NCBI GenBank assembly: GCA_002633005.1
Contig: NMRA01000030.1
Span: 1,136,052-1,168,753, forward strand
DNA: 32,702 nucleotides
Direction: 5' to 3'
Origin: Phoronis australis
Taxonomy: Eukaryota; Animalia; Phoronida
The position numbers were made by a program, and so were the translations under genes. The number at the start of each line of letters is the position of its first letter. Position 1 is the stretch's first letter. This document shows positions 21,975-32,702 of this stretch, in pieces. The notes under the pieces were generated by a model. That model was not told where the DNA came from and did not search any database. It worked only from the letters and a program-made list of their open reading frames with translations.

Positions 21975-23479
21975 GTAGGAACATTTTTCCCATTTTTATG
22001 CGAACACATTGAGTGTGAAGAGACATTTATTTTTAGTCAAATTCCTGTCTTTCCCTATAGAAAAGCTTAATCCATGGTGAAAATCAAGCTTATGTATGAA
22101 TTTGAATAGAAAATATCTCCAAATCAGTGCAGCAGTGCACTTTTAATTTGATTATCAGCTGTCTTCCATTTTCATTCACTCTGAAATTGGTCCGTTTTTG
22201 TTGATATGCACTGCCATTGACTTGTATAATTGGTGAAGTGATCAATTCTCTCGACTAAGGTAGTTTCCATCAAACTTCGTAACTGCAACGTATACCATTG
22301 TGATTGCTTTTTTTAAAGAAAACTGGAGGTGGAAGTTACCTTTGCAGATGTGTTATTTTTAGAAGTGACTTAGTTTCGCAGAGGTGTGATTGTTGCAGGC
22401 TTTCATACATTCCTACTTTTCCTTCTTTTTCCTACTTTTTTGGCCTGTTCCTACTTTTTCTACTTTTTCTCTGAAATCCCTAACATATCCTACTTTTTTC
22501 TCACTGCTCTAAAATTTCTGTCTAAGTTATGTTTTTGGAGTAGTGAGTAGTTGTTTTAGGATATCAGGAAAAGCTCATGAAGGACTTCCCCCATCACAAG
22601 CGATGCTAACCTAAAGACTGTGTGGTGGGAGAGCCAGCAGGACTTCACACTTTTGAGTGTAAAAGGTTTGACTTCATAATTCTACTGCACATCACCTACC
22701 ATTGAAGGGAAGGGGCATCTTAAGTTGCACAATCCTGGGGTTTGGTTCATGGGCCGTGCAAAAGAGAGTCCAAAAATCCATTTAATTTTAAGAATTTGAG
22801 TGCAACATCCATTCCAAGTTTATTTCATTCAAATCACTACTCAAATAAAATTGTTGCAACTTAAGACACGAAAATGCCTGGAGTTATTAATTAAGGTGCC
22901 TACTGATTAACGACCTATAAACAATTTATTTCAACTTTTAAGTGTAACAAAAATTCTTTTTCCAAAAGATAGTTTAGTAACCCTGGACGCCATTTTTCCT
23001 GGAGTTAGCAGATAAGATGGGGATGTTTGGACCCTAAGAGATAATAAGACCCCAAAAATGAATTTGTATAAAAGAGGAAACACTACAATTTTTATTTCTG
23101 CACTGGATAAAACATTATTTGAAATGAACAAAAATTCAACTTAAGGCACAAAAATCCATGTGTTACTAATTGAGACACTTATAAATTAGTTACCTATAAA
23201 TGATTTACTTAAAGATGTATTTGCATGCTCTGAACTATGCTAATGTATAGCAGGAACTAAACGACAATGCTATATTTGAACATCATCTACGCTAAACAGA
23301 GTGTAGTCGTATTCATTGACGATTTGTGAAGTTGTGAAAATGACCTTTGCAAGAATGCGTATCTTGGGGGCTCACATGGCCCACATCATGCAGTGTTATT
23401 CTCCAACACTACATCACGATACTTAATTACTGGGCACGGTTGACTGATTGACGGTGGATCACTTTTGACACAAACTCAT

Positions 23480-24794
23480 TCTTAAAAACAATTTTTGACG
23501 TACTTCATATTCATATGGTCACGATATGTTGTGTTTCTAATTACCAAGCAATCGCAGAAATAAGGAATTTGCGTGGCATTTCCACTTTTATGTACAACAA
23601 AAAATTTCTTTTCATAATAATGATAGTTCAGCAACCTGGGATACCATATCCACAACTTAAGACATTTAAGGCTAGGATTTTTGGACCCGGAAGGACAAAC
23701 ATACCCTGTTGTAGTAGGGAAACTTGTTATAGAACGATCTGAACAGAAAAGAAACTCAAGATTCAAAAAACGACTCAAGAGGTAGTCATAAAAAGGAGAG
23801 CTATTTGCCTTTCTCAATAAGGATTGGTCGAGCAACTTCTACAGTCCACTTCTATATGGAAGGGAAGTGTATTTGGGGGTGAGGGGAGAGTGCACTTGGT
23901 ACTTCGTTGAAGATGGAGAAGTATGCACGGAATCAGTTCCATCTCTACATTGTACGATAATCACTCAGAAGCCGGCACCAGAGTCATTCATATGATTGAG
24001 GCAGACAAGTCCACACCTGGCAACATCATCATAAGAGCTTCTAACCCCTAAATTCTGGTGTTGCTCCTGTCATGTCCACTGAGTTGCACCCATGGTGTGT
24101 CTGGAGGCTGGAACTAGAGGACAAGGCGTTCTGTGTTATTTAAACGTAACGAAGATTGCTACTATGTTAGACCAAACTATCTGCACTTCTAGGCCTACAC
24201 GTGTTCACGGGATGTTACTATACCTGTGCTTTTGTAAGGAAGGAAAAAAACGGACCATATGCTAATGTGGCAAAAAGTGAAAAAAAAAGTCCTGAGAGCA
24301 TTTACTTCATTTAGCCACGATATCTGAACACAAGAAGTCATTAAAGTCTTGCAGGACTCAACACGCACTGATTTATTGTGGTCGACAAAACCTACAATCG
24401 AAAGTCTACGTTAAACACCCATTTAAGAAGCTTAAAAGCATGGAGGGCAGCAGTATTCCACCGTGTGAAGCTGAACTAGCACTTCACGTGGATAGAAGTG
24501 CATTTGTTCATTGACTATGGGGTTGCATTCACCTCCAAATCTTGGACAAAACACCCACCAATGGATGGGAAAATGTTGACAACGAATTTCACATCATTTG
24601 GTTCAGTGGAAAGCAGATGCCCCTCTGTGCTCATTCCAGAGGTTCAAGTTGTAACAAAGTCAGATGACAATGGTGGCGATGTATAGAGGGATGATGGTAT
24701 GGACAGTGATGTAGACAATGATCATGATCCTATACCAAGAGAAATTGAATCATCTGATGAAGAGAGTGACGATGATCATGATGTTTGCAGTTAA
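23480..24794 (+). pseudogene. Degenerate XPG/FEN1-like nuclease domain of a transposon protein
   Basis: Across frameshifts: NHSEAGTRVIH (~23959, HEEADTR-like), IIIRASNP*ILVLLL (DTDV-like), LGLHVFTGCYYTCAF (24189, H3TH GCD-like), IPPCEAELALHVDRS (24455), acidic tail ending in TAA at 24792-24794. Confidence 0.7.
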
Positions 24795-25298
24795 GTTACA
24801 GCAGACTGAATAATTATTATTGCCTTTTGTATTTCGGTTTTATCATATAAAAATAGACTGTGCCATGCATCACAATTCCATGTACTTTCATTTTTGCTAG
24901 TAGATATGCTTCGAGCAGTTTAGCTTTAATTTGAAGTCGGCGTATTTAGTTACCCTAGATGTATTGTAACTTAGTTTTTGTTTTATTGTTTTTGAATTTA
25001 AGAGTAAATTGGTGATGTCTTCAGATGTGTTTTTTTTTTAAATAACATTTAGCCGTAATAATCTTTTATGCAAGTTCGTCTTTGGGGTCTTGTTATCTCT
25101 TGTCCAGACACCCCTGTCTTATCTGCTAACCCCAAGAAAAATCCAGTCTTAAGCTGTGGATGTGGTGTCCAGAGTTACTAAACTATGTTTTATCAAAAAT
25201 TAATTGGCTTTTAATTAATAAGTGTCTTAATCAATAACACAAAAAAATTTTCATGTCACAAGTTGTATTTTTGCATCATTCGAAATAATGTTTTATCC

Positions 25299-25336
<38 letters not shown>
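25299..25336. repeat. (AAT)n microsatellite
   Basis: About 12 perfect AAT units. Confidence 0.95.
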
Positions 25337-25448
25337 TTTGTATTTTTCCTCTTTTATTAGCTCATTTTTGGGTCTATCCTTTGGGGCTCAAACACCTCCG
25401 TCTTATCTGCAAACCCCAGAAAAAATCGCATCTTAAGTTGTGGATATG

Positions 25449-25687
25449 GGGCCCATTCCAAGAAACTGACTGAAGTTCTTTTTTGACTTCAGTCTAAGAT
25501 TTCTCTGAACTTCCAATCTTGAAACTTCCACATCCGGTAAGTTCGTCAAAATTAAGACAAAACTTACATCAAACACTTAAATCAAACGTAAGATCTCTTT
25601 CTTGAAATGACAAATTTAACGTTTATTTTAAAGTTTAGTATAGTTTAAGAATTGTCTTACCTAAGTAAGTTTTGTTGGAACGGGCCC
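25449..25687. mobile_element. Harbinger-like MITE nested in the right arm of the Academ-like element
   Basis: TIRs GGGCCCATTCCAAGAAA / TTTGTTGGAACGGGCCC; 3-bp TSD ATG; removing it restores the host motif ggatatggtgtc. Confidence 0.8.
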
Positions 25688-27296
25688 ATGGTGTCTAGAT
25701 TTACTAACCTATCTTGGAAAAACAATTTGATGCACTTAAAAGACTTGATTTAAATAAATGGTTATTTGGTCGTTATGATTAGTAGACACCTTAATTAATA
25801 ACCCCAGACATTTTCACGTCTTAACTTGTACCATTTTAATTTGGGTGTTGATTTGAATGAAATAAACTTGAAACGGATGTTGCACTCGAAATTTTGGACC
25901 CCCTCAGGGACCTAAGTCCAGGATTGTGCAACTTAAGATGCCCCTTTCCTTCTATGATAGCATTGCGCAGTGTGAATGAAGTCCTTCTGGTTCTCCACCT
26001 AATGGTAAGTACTGTCTGTGACATGAGGTGAAAACTACTTCTGAACGGCTGCTCTTGTTCCTACTTTTTCCTACTTTTCACTTCACAGTTCCTACTTTTT
26101 CCTACTTTTTTGAAAATATGTCCTACTTTGCTCCTACTTTTTTGCCTAAACCTGCTTGAAAGCCTGTTGTTGGTACTGTCTATTTGCGGCAGGTCATCGT
26201 CAAGGGAAATGTATTATAAACTTGGGACCATGGGTACAGATAAAGGGCAACTGTCAATCTGAGTTTTTGGGGGACGAAAATGAGGTCGCAGGGCTTGACA
26301 TTAATTTTTTTTGTCTAACTTGTCCAATATACTTGTCATAAACTATTACTCACTGGTTGCTTTCAAACTGAAGGCACTTGTACTCGTTCAACCATGGAGG
26401 ATTTCACATTTTCTTTTCATTTCACATTTTTTGTTTATTTTCTGCAAGTCTTTTCAGCATTGTTACTTAGGGTTTGTAGTGTTTGAGCTCAGTTTAAAAC
26501 CATACACAAACAGAGATTGATTTTTTTGTCATCCTTGTGACGCACTGATATCAAGACACCCATGTGCAGATGACAGTTTGGACTCGTGTCGTAATAGAAT
26601 CGAATGTTACACAACTTATTGAAGCGTGCAAATGAGATCATGCGATTTTATCCACTAATTGAATTTGTTCAAATGCAAATGACGACGAATATGCTCATTG
26701 AATGCGATGTACGGGTTTGTGAGTGAACTAGTGCCAGGCACCTCCGGATGAAACAAAATTAATGGGAATGAACTTGTGTTATGAGGAAAGTTTGATCGTT
26801 GTTCCTACAATTTCCAGTTTTCTGTAAACAACTTGTCCCCGACTTAAAAGTGCTGGCTATTTCATTGCTAAGTAAGTGACCATAGCTGCTACTTATGGCA
26901 AGAAAAAATGTTCACAGTTACTTTATTTTTCACAAGTTCAAGTAGGTCAAGGTGTCCAGTCGGACAAGCAGCATTGCCATGAGCTTGTACAGACCCACTA
27001 GCTGGTTGTCTTGGATGTTCATACTTCCATTAATGTCGATCACTGAGTCGACATAGTGCTTAGTTTGGGTATAACGATGGTAAACATGGCTGCATGTTCA
27101 AGGTATTACTACAAATCAGTACTGTAAATATGTTAATGATTTTGGTGACTTGTTGGTGACGTTGGTGTGCGTGTCCATAGTTGAACGTTTGCCAACATGT
27201 GTCAGTTCTTATGATATGTTAAGCATTATCTAATTATTTGCTCAAGACCTTACTTTAGTGAAAACAAATCGCATCTGTATATTTGTCTATTTACAG

Positions 27297-27539
27297 GGTG
27301 GCCGTCATGTGGACTACATCACAGACCAGGTGGTCAGTAAGCTGATCAACAATGTGAAGAAGAAGGGTGGTAAGGGTAATGTGCAGGTCAAGCCTTTCCA
27401 GATCAAGACACACTTGTGGATCTTTGTTAATTGTCTCATCGAGAATCCCACATTTGACTCACAGACCAAGGAGAATATGACGAAACAATCTAAAGGCTTT
27501 GGCTCCACCTGTGTTCTCAGTGAGAAATTCATGAACAAT
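27297..27539 (+). CDS. TOP2: TOP2 exon (transducer, QTK loop)
   Basis: ttacag acceptor, gtgagt donor; 243 nt, GGRHVDYITDQ...NCLIENPTFDSQTKENMT...EKFMNN. Confidence 0.96.
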
Positions 27540-27929
27540 GTGAGTATGGGTGGTTGTTATTTCACTTGACTTATTTCATTTCAGTCACTGAGTATATTTG
27601 AAAACAATTCCCTCCTTCAGAGTCACAACCTGTGTTATTGCCATCTCCAAAAACACTCAGTCTGGGTTCTGAGTGTTCAATGCTCCACTTGGTGTAAAGA
27701 GCAAACACTGTAGGGATGATTGTTTACGGTGTCACTACTCGGCTCTGTCTTGTAGCTCTCATGCTAGTCAGCTGAGAAGGTCAAAAAATCATTGGGTTAG
27801 CAATGAGATGTAGAAAAGATGTACCCTTTTTCATTACCAGTTTACCTTATTTCACAGTATGAGGACTTGTGCAGCACAGTTGATTGAGTTGTACTATAAT
27901 CTGTAAAATTTCACAAAGCACTGTTGTTT

Positions 27930-29785
27930 TATTTTATATGTGTACGCATTATGCCGTCATCTCCGTCCGGTGTCCGGTGTCCGCCTTAACGTATGTTCCT
28001 GAAATTTTGCTCATGTGTTCCTTTTGTGAATGGAACGGCATGAGCGAACTTTCAGATGGATCCGACTACCGGTGTGCCCCCTAGTGGCAATTTTAGTTTT
28101 AGTTTACCTCTGTATCTTCAAAAGTCCTGCATAAAATTTGGTATATTGGCACCTATTAGGGAGATGACGCTATCCTCCGGTTTTCGTATGGATTTGACGT
28201 AGTTTGCGCCACCTAGTGGCCATTTTTACTGTTTTCGATTCTGTTTCTTTGCATCCACCCCTCTACCAGCCAAACCGCTCAAAGGATGATTGTGAAAATT
28301 GGCATGTATGCTTTTACTATAAAGTGGATGGCTGACGATGGTTTTCTGACGACTTCGACTACTGTGGCTCCTTCTAGTGACAGTTTTGTTTTTTGCACCT
28401 ATGGCTGTATCCCCTAAACCATTCGTAGGATCTGTACTAAATTTAGTAAGTGTATTGACATGATGTTAACAACGGAGAATGACAACTTTCAGACAGATCT
28501 GACTACTGATGTGCCACCTAGTGGCAATTTTATTTTTTTACGTTTACCTCTGTATGTTCCAAGGTCTTCAACGTATTTTCATAAAATTTGGCATACAGGC
28601 ATCTGTTAATGAGGTGACGCTATCTCTTCATTTTCAGATGAATTCGACCTAGTTTGCGCCACCTAGTGGCTATTTTTACTGATTTTGAGTCCGTTTTTTG
28701 GGGTACACTCGTCTATCAAACAAACGGCTTTCAGGATAATTGTGGAAATTTGCATGTATGTGTTTACTATGAAGTGGACAGCTAACGACGATTTTCCGAT
28801 GAGTTCAAATACTGTGGCGCCTCCTAGTGGCAGTTTTGTTGTTTTTGTGCTCATGGCTGTATCTATTAAGCCGTTTGCAGGATCTTTACTTAATTTAGCA
28901 AGTGTATTTATATGATGTTGACAATGGACGATGACGACTTTCGGACGGATCTGGTGTGCCCCCTAGTGGCAAGTTTAGTTTTTTATGTTTACCAGTCTGT
29001 ATCTTCAAAGGTCCTCAACAGATTTTCATAAAATTTTGATTATAGGCATCTATTGGTGAGATGACGCTATCATCCTGTTTTTGGATGGAATCGAGGTATT
29101 TTGCGCCACCTGATGGTCATTTTTGCTGTTTTCAAATCTTGTTTTTGACGTCCACCCCTCGATAAACCAAATCATTCTAGGGATGGTTTTGAAAATTGGC
29201 GTACATGTTTTCAGTGTGAAGAGGACGTTTGATGATGGTGAGTGACTACTGTGGCGCCTCCTAGTGGTAGTTTTGTTTTGTTTTACGTCCACAGCTGTAT
29301 CTTCAAAACCAACTACAGGATTTTTANTGTTACCAGAGCACCCATTTGATCCCAGTGGGTCATTTGTGGCCCGTAATTAAAAATGCTAGTAAAACTAATT
29401 AAAATGAAACAATCTCACCAAAACTCCAACTTATCTTCATAAAGTTGTCATATCTGTCATTTACTTAATTTTTGAAGCAAAAAAAAAAGTTGGGCATAAA
29501 TGGGTTAAATTTAGTAAGTGAATTTATATGAAGATAACAGACGACGACTCAGGCGGATGGAATGGACGCTGTGCCCGCAAGTGGCAATTTCATTTTGTTC
29601 TGTTTTCCTTTTTTTCTCTGAAGTTCCTTGACAGATTTATATGAAATATGGTATGTTCCCGTTTTTGGATGGATTGTACGTTTTTGCGCCATCTAGTGGC
29701 CATTTTTATGATACAAATAACCCTAAAAGCACACCATTTGCGATACATTCATGGGCGCATTTCAACGCTCCGCGTTGCTCTTGTT
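27930..29785 (+). mobile_element. Helentron/HINE-like element, copy C
   Basis: 5' gcattatgccgtcatc + gtcc-rich repeat, three ~450-bp higher-order units, perfect 3' hairpin CAACGC-TCC-GCGTTG then ctcttgtt. Confidence 0.75.
29341..29504. mobile_element. Possible piggyBac-like MITE remnant inside copy C
   Basis: CCCATTT...AAATGGG followed by TTAA on the right; left flank disrupted and close to an N at 29327. Confidence 0.4.
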
Positions 29786-29786
29786 C

Positions 29787-29921
29787 TACACTGTTAGTTG
29801 TAGGTACAATGTTGGTTGTTGCTACATTGTGTGTTGTAGCTACATAGTTTGTTATAGCTACATTGTTGGTTATAGCTACATTGTTGGTTATAGTTACATT
29901 GTTAGTTTTAGGTACATAGTT
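29787..29921. repeat. 18-bp minisatellite, ~7.5 copies
   Basis: Consensus tacattgttggttatagc. Confidence 0.9.
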
Positions 29922-29998
29922 ATTGCATCAGCATATCCATATTTATTAATTAAATTTGTCTCTGTAAATTTAATTAGCTGCTAGTTGCTTACAATCAG

Positions 29999-30100
29999 GT
30001 GAATAAGTGTGGTATTGTGGAGAGCATCATGTCTTGGATGAAGTTCAAGGCTCAGGCTCAACTGAACAAGAAGAGTGGGTCAAAGCATTCAAAACTGAAG
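29999..30100 (+). CDS. TOP2: TOP2 exon (transducer-TOPRIM linker)
   Basis: aatcag acceptor, gtgagt donor; 102 nt, VNKCGIVESIMSWMKFKAQAQLNKKSGSKHSKLK. Confidence 0.93.
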
Positions 30101-30241
30101 GTGAGTGTACTCCTGTCTTTATGTTGAACAGTAATTGTTGAGATTGTTAGACTGCTGCTGAATGCTGTGCTAACCTAAAATGAGATTACTGTAAATCATT
30201 GAAATGTCCATGCATCACAAACATTGCTCTCTTGACTGTAG

Positions 30242-30433
30242 GGTATTCCCAAGTTGGACGATGCCAACGAGGCGGGCACCAAGAACTCACAACAGTGCAC
30301 CCTCATTCTGACCGAGGGGGATTCAGCCAAGACGTTGGCTGTTGCCGGCCTTGGGGTTGTCGGACGTGACCACTATGGGGTGTTCCCACTCAAGGGTAAA
30401 GTGCTCAACGTGCGTGAAGCATCACACAAACAG
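30242..30433 (+). CDS. TOP2: TOP2 exon (TOPRIM, EGDSA and PLKGK motifs)
   Basis: ctgtag acceptor, gtaatt donor; 192 nt, GIPKLDDANEAG...LILTEGDSAKTLAVAGLGVVGRDHYGVFPLKGKVLNVREASHKQ. Confidence 0.97.
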
Positions 30434-30622
30434 GTAATTTAAAAATGGAATTTGTTAACTTTTTGTAGGATGTGAGTGTAAGTACAATGTGTGTTTCTTG
30501 GCCCTGTAGGGTTAAATGGTTACTGAACTATCACTAGATATAGAACATACATCATTCATTGAAGTTTTGAGCGTGTGTGTTTTATTGTTGTGGCATCTTC
30601 ATATATTGTATTGTTTGGTCAG

Positions 30623-30859
30623 ATTATGGAGAACGCTGAGGTTAACAACATCATTAAGATCCTGGGTCTGCAGTATAAGAAGAGTTACGACGACGCTGAT
30701 GCCCTCAAGACTCTTCGCTATGGCAAGATGATGATCATGACTGATCAAGATCAAGATGGATCACACATTAAAGGTCTGCTCATCAACTTCATTCACCACA
30801 ACTGGCCTAGTCTCCTGAGACACCGGTTCCTACAGGAGTTTATCACGCCCATTGTCAAG
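30623..30859 (+). CDS. TOP2: TOP2 exon (TOPRIM DxD motif)
   Basis: ggtcag acceptor, gtaaaa donor; 237 nt, IMENAEVNNIIKILGL...MIMTDQDQDGSHIKGLLINFIHHNWPSLL...EFITPIVK. Confidence 0.97.
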
Positions 30860-31091
30860 GTAAAATATGTTAACAACAGTTTTGATGTACTTTTGCCTCT
30901 TGATTGGTTAGGAAGTACATAAATAGCTCAATTTTGTTTGTAAATGCTGTTGTCTGTATGACATTACTGAGCAAAATGTATTGAATTCATGTTGTGTTTT
31001 TGGTGGTAAAACTGCTTTTAAACTACTCAGAAATATCTTTATTGTGAAACTGATGCGTAAAACCCAAGTTTAGTGAACTCTTAAATCTCCG

Positions 31092-31207
31092 TTTTTATGA
31101 AAGCCTTGACGCGTCAAGTCTAACTTTTGTTTACAAAAGCCTTGATGCATCAAGTCTGACTTTTGTGTATGAAAGCCTTGATACATCAAGTCGAACTTTT
31201 GTTTATG
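31092..31207. repeat. 36-bp tandem repeat with palindromic core, 3 copies
   Basis: cttgacgcgtcaag (31105), cttgatgcatcaag (31141), cttgatacatcaag (31177). Confidence 0.85.
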
Positions 31208-31462
31208 TTGCTGTTGAATGTTACAGCGTTTATCTAACAAATCACTTTTTTCGGTGTTAGTTGCAGAAATTTGTTTCAATTTATTACTTGATTTTAAGGA
31301 TTGGATGACTTGACATTTTGAGGCGGAATATTGGTATATAACCAACTTAAACATCAACATTGGAACACATATAAATCTGCTATCATGATTAATTGTTTCA
31401 GCAAGTTAATCATAGGTGAGAAGAACTATCCTCTTTGAAACGTGATGTCATGTATGTGAGGA

Positions 31463-31700
31463 AGGGGCTGGGGTGTACTTAAATATACAGTAAGGTGTGA
31501 TAGGGCCTGGGGAGCACTTAAATGTACAATAAGGAGTGATAGGGGCTGGAGTGTACTTAAATATACAATAAGGTGTGGTAGGGGCTAGGGTGTACTTAAA
31601 TGTACAATAATGAGTGATAGGGACTGGGGTGTACTTAAATATACAATAAGATGTGATAGGGGCTGGGATGTACTTAAATATACAATAAGGAGTGATAGGA
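31463..31700. repeat. 39-bp minisatellite, 6 copies
   Basis: Consensus aggggctggggtgtacttaaatatacaataaggagtgat. Confidence 0.92.
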
Positions 31701-31848
31701 CCAATTTTGGGTTGAGACCACATAACCAAGATTTTGTATCTTACTAAAGTTACTACAAGCTTGCCTTAAATCAATAAAATGTCTTTATCTTGACCTTTTG
31801 TTGCTACAAAAGTGGTTCCTTACTCCTACAAGAAGTGATTTATGAGTG

Positions 31849-32300
31849 GTAAGAACTGCTAGCCCTTAATTACTTGAGACCATATTCTGAATCTGTGTGT
31901 AAGAATTTGTAGTCCTTGATTACTTTAGACCATACTCTGTATCTGTGTGTAAGAATTTGTAGTCCTTGATTACTTTAGACCATACTCTGTATCTGTATGT
32001 AAGAATTTGTAGTCCTTGATTACTTTAGACCATACTCTGTATCTGTGTGTAAGAATTGGAAGTCCTTGATGACTTGAGACCATACTCTGTATCTGTGTGT
32101 AAGAATTTGTAGTCCTTGATTACTTGAGACCATACTCTGTATCTGTGTGTAAGAATTTGTAGTCCTTGATTACTTTAGACCATACTCTGTATCTGTGTGT
32201 AAGAATTGATAGCCCTTGATGACTTGACACCATACTCTGTATCTGTGTGTAAGAATTTGTAGCCCTTGATTACTTGAGACCATACTCTGTATCTGTGTGT
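31849..32300. repeat. 50-bp minisatellite, 9 copies
   Basis: Consensus gtaagaatttgtagtccttgattacttgagaccatactctgtatctgtgt. Confidence 0.95.
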
Positions 32301-32437
32301 ACCGTATAACAACATGCCATAACTTGCCTGGCATCAAGCTGTTATGAATTTGTTACGTAGATCTTCCCCAACCAAGAAATCGGTTGTAAAGAACAACTTG
32401 AGACGAGCATTGTATTGGTAAATGGTCTCCATCAAAA

Positions 32438-32702
32438 CATAGATTATAGACAACAGATTCGCAACTCCGGCATATTCTTACGAGCTGAGTTGACCTCTAA
32501 TGACCTATCTGCTGCAGTTTCCGGTCAGTTTTAATTTGACGAGAAATACCTGCATCTACTTTACTGTCTAAAACAGCGAAAAAAACATTAATTTATATTA
32601 ATTTCGGTATTGAAACGCTTTTCAAAGTCTTTCAATAGTAGAAGTGTTGGTATTGTGAGTACTTTTGGCAATGCTACTGGTAATTAATTTCAAAATTCAA
32701 AC
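32438..32702 (-). mobile_element. Second copy (left end) of the P-like element, truncated by the window edge
   Basis: Colinear with 11833-12097, 5 substitutions counted in 265 bp; similarity starts exactly at CATAG. Confidence 0.93.

Larger units (their letters stand above)
22683..25972 (+). mobile_element. Long-TIR DNA transposon with decayed XPG/PIN-like nuclease coding region (Academ-like)
   Basis: AAGGGGCATCTTAAGTTGCACAATCCTGG (~22710-22738) inverted at ~25918-25946; inverted similarity extends several hundred bp; exact termini uncertain. Confidence 0.7.
22396..26166. mobile_element. hAT-like non-autonomous element hosting a nested insertion
   Basis: TIR CAGGCTTTCA...TGAAAGCCTG; TCCTACTTTT repeats at both ends; flanking duplication TTGTTG (22390-22395, 26167-26172). 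Confidence 0.75.

Noticed and set aside
31463-32300. 39-bp and 50-bp arrays as CRISPR arrays; ORF 31448-31729 as a gene
   Set aside because: Units are head-to-tail with no unique spacers, in a eukaryotic intron; the ORF is just a translation of the repeat.

Overview
AT-rich animal genomic DNA, probably a marine invertebrate; the species cannot be fixed from sequence alone. The window holds the 5' part of a DNA topoisomerase II gene (TOP2, + strand). Ten coding exons between 8912 and 30859 splice in frame through GT-AG introns and encode the GHKL ATPase, transducer and TOPRIM domains. The ATG exon was not found and the gene continues past the window end. The introns are dense with transposons: Helentron/HINE-like elements with arrays of CTCF-like motifs, Harbinger-like MITEs, a hAT-like element containing a decayed XPG-nuclease (Academ-like) element, a Penelope RT fragment, a TIR element wrapped around a tRNA-like sequence, and several minisatellites. 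The most unusual object is a 3.0-kb P-superfamily-like element (11833-14838, CATAG...CTATG ends, 7-bp TSD GTTAAAT). It carries a frameshifted THAP exon and an intact, intronless 105-aa PHD-finger ORF. That ORF has E2F and CCAAT motifs upstream and two tandem histone-mRNA 3' stem-loops plus an HDE-like element downstream, i.e. a non-histone, transposon-borne gene built like a replication-dependent histone gene. A second, ~98% identical copy of the element's left end starts at 32438.
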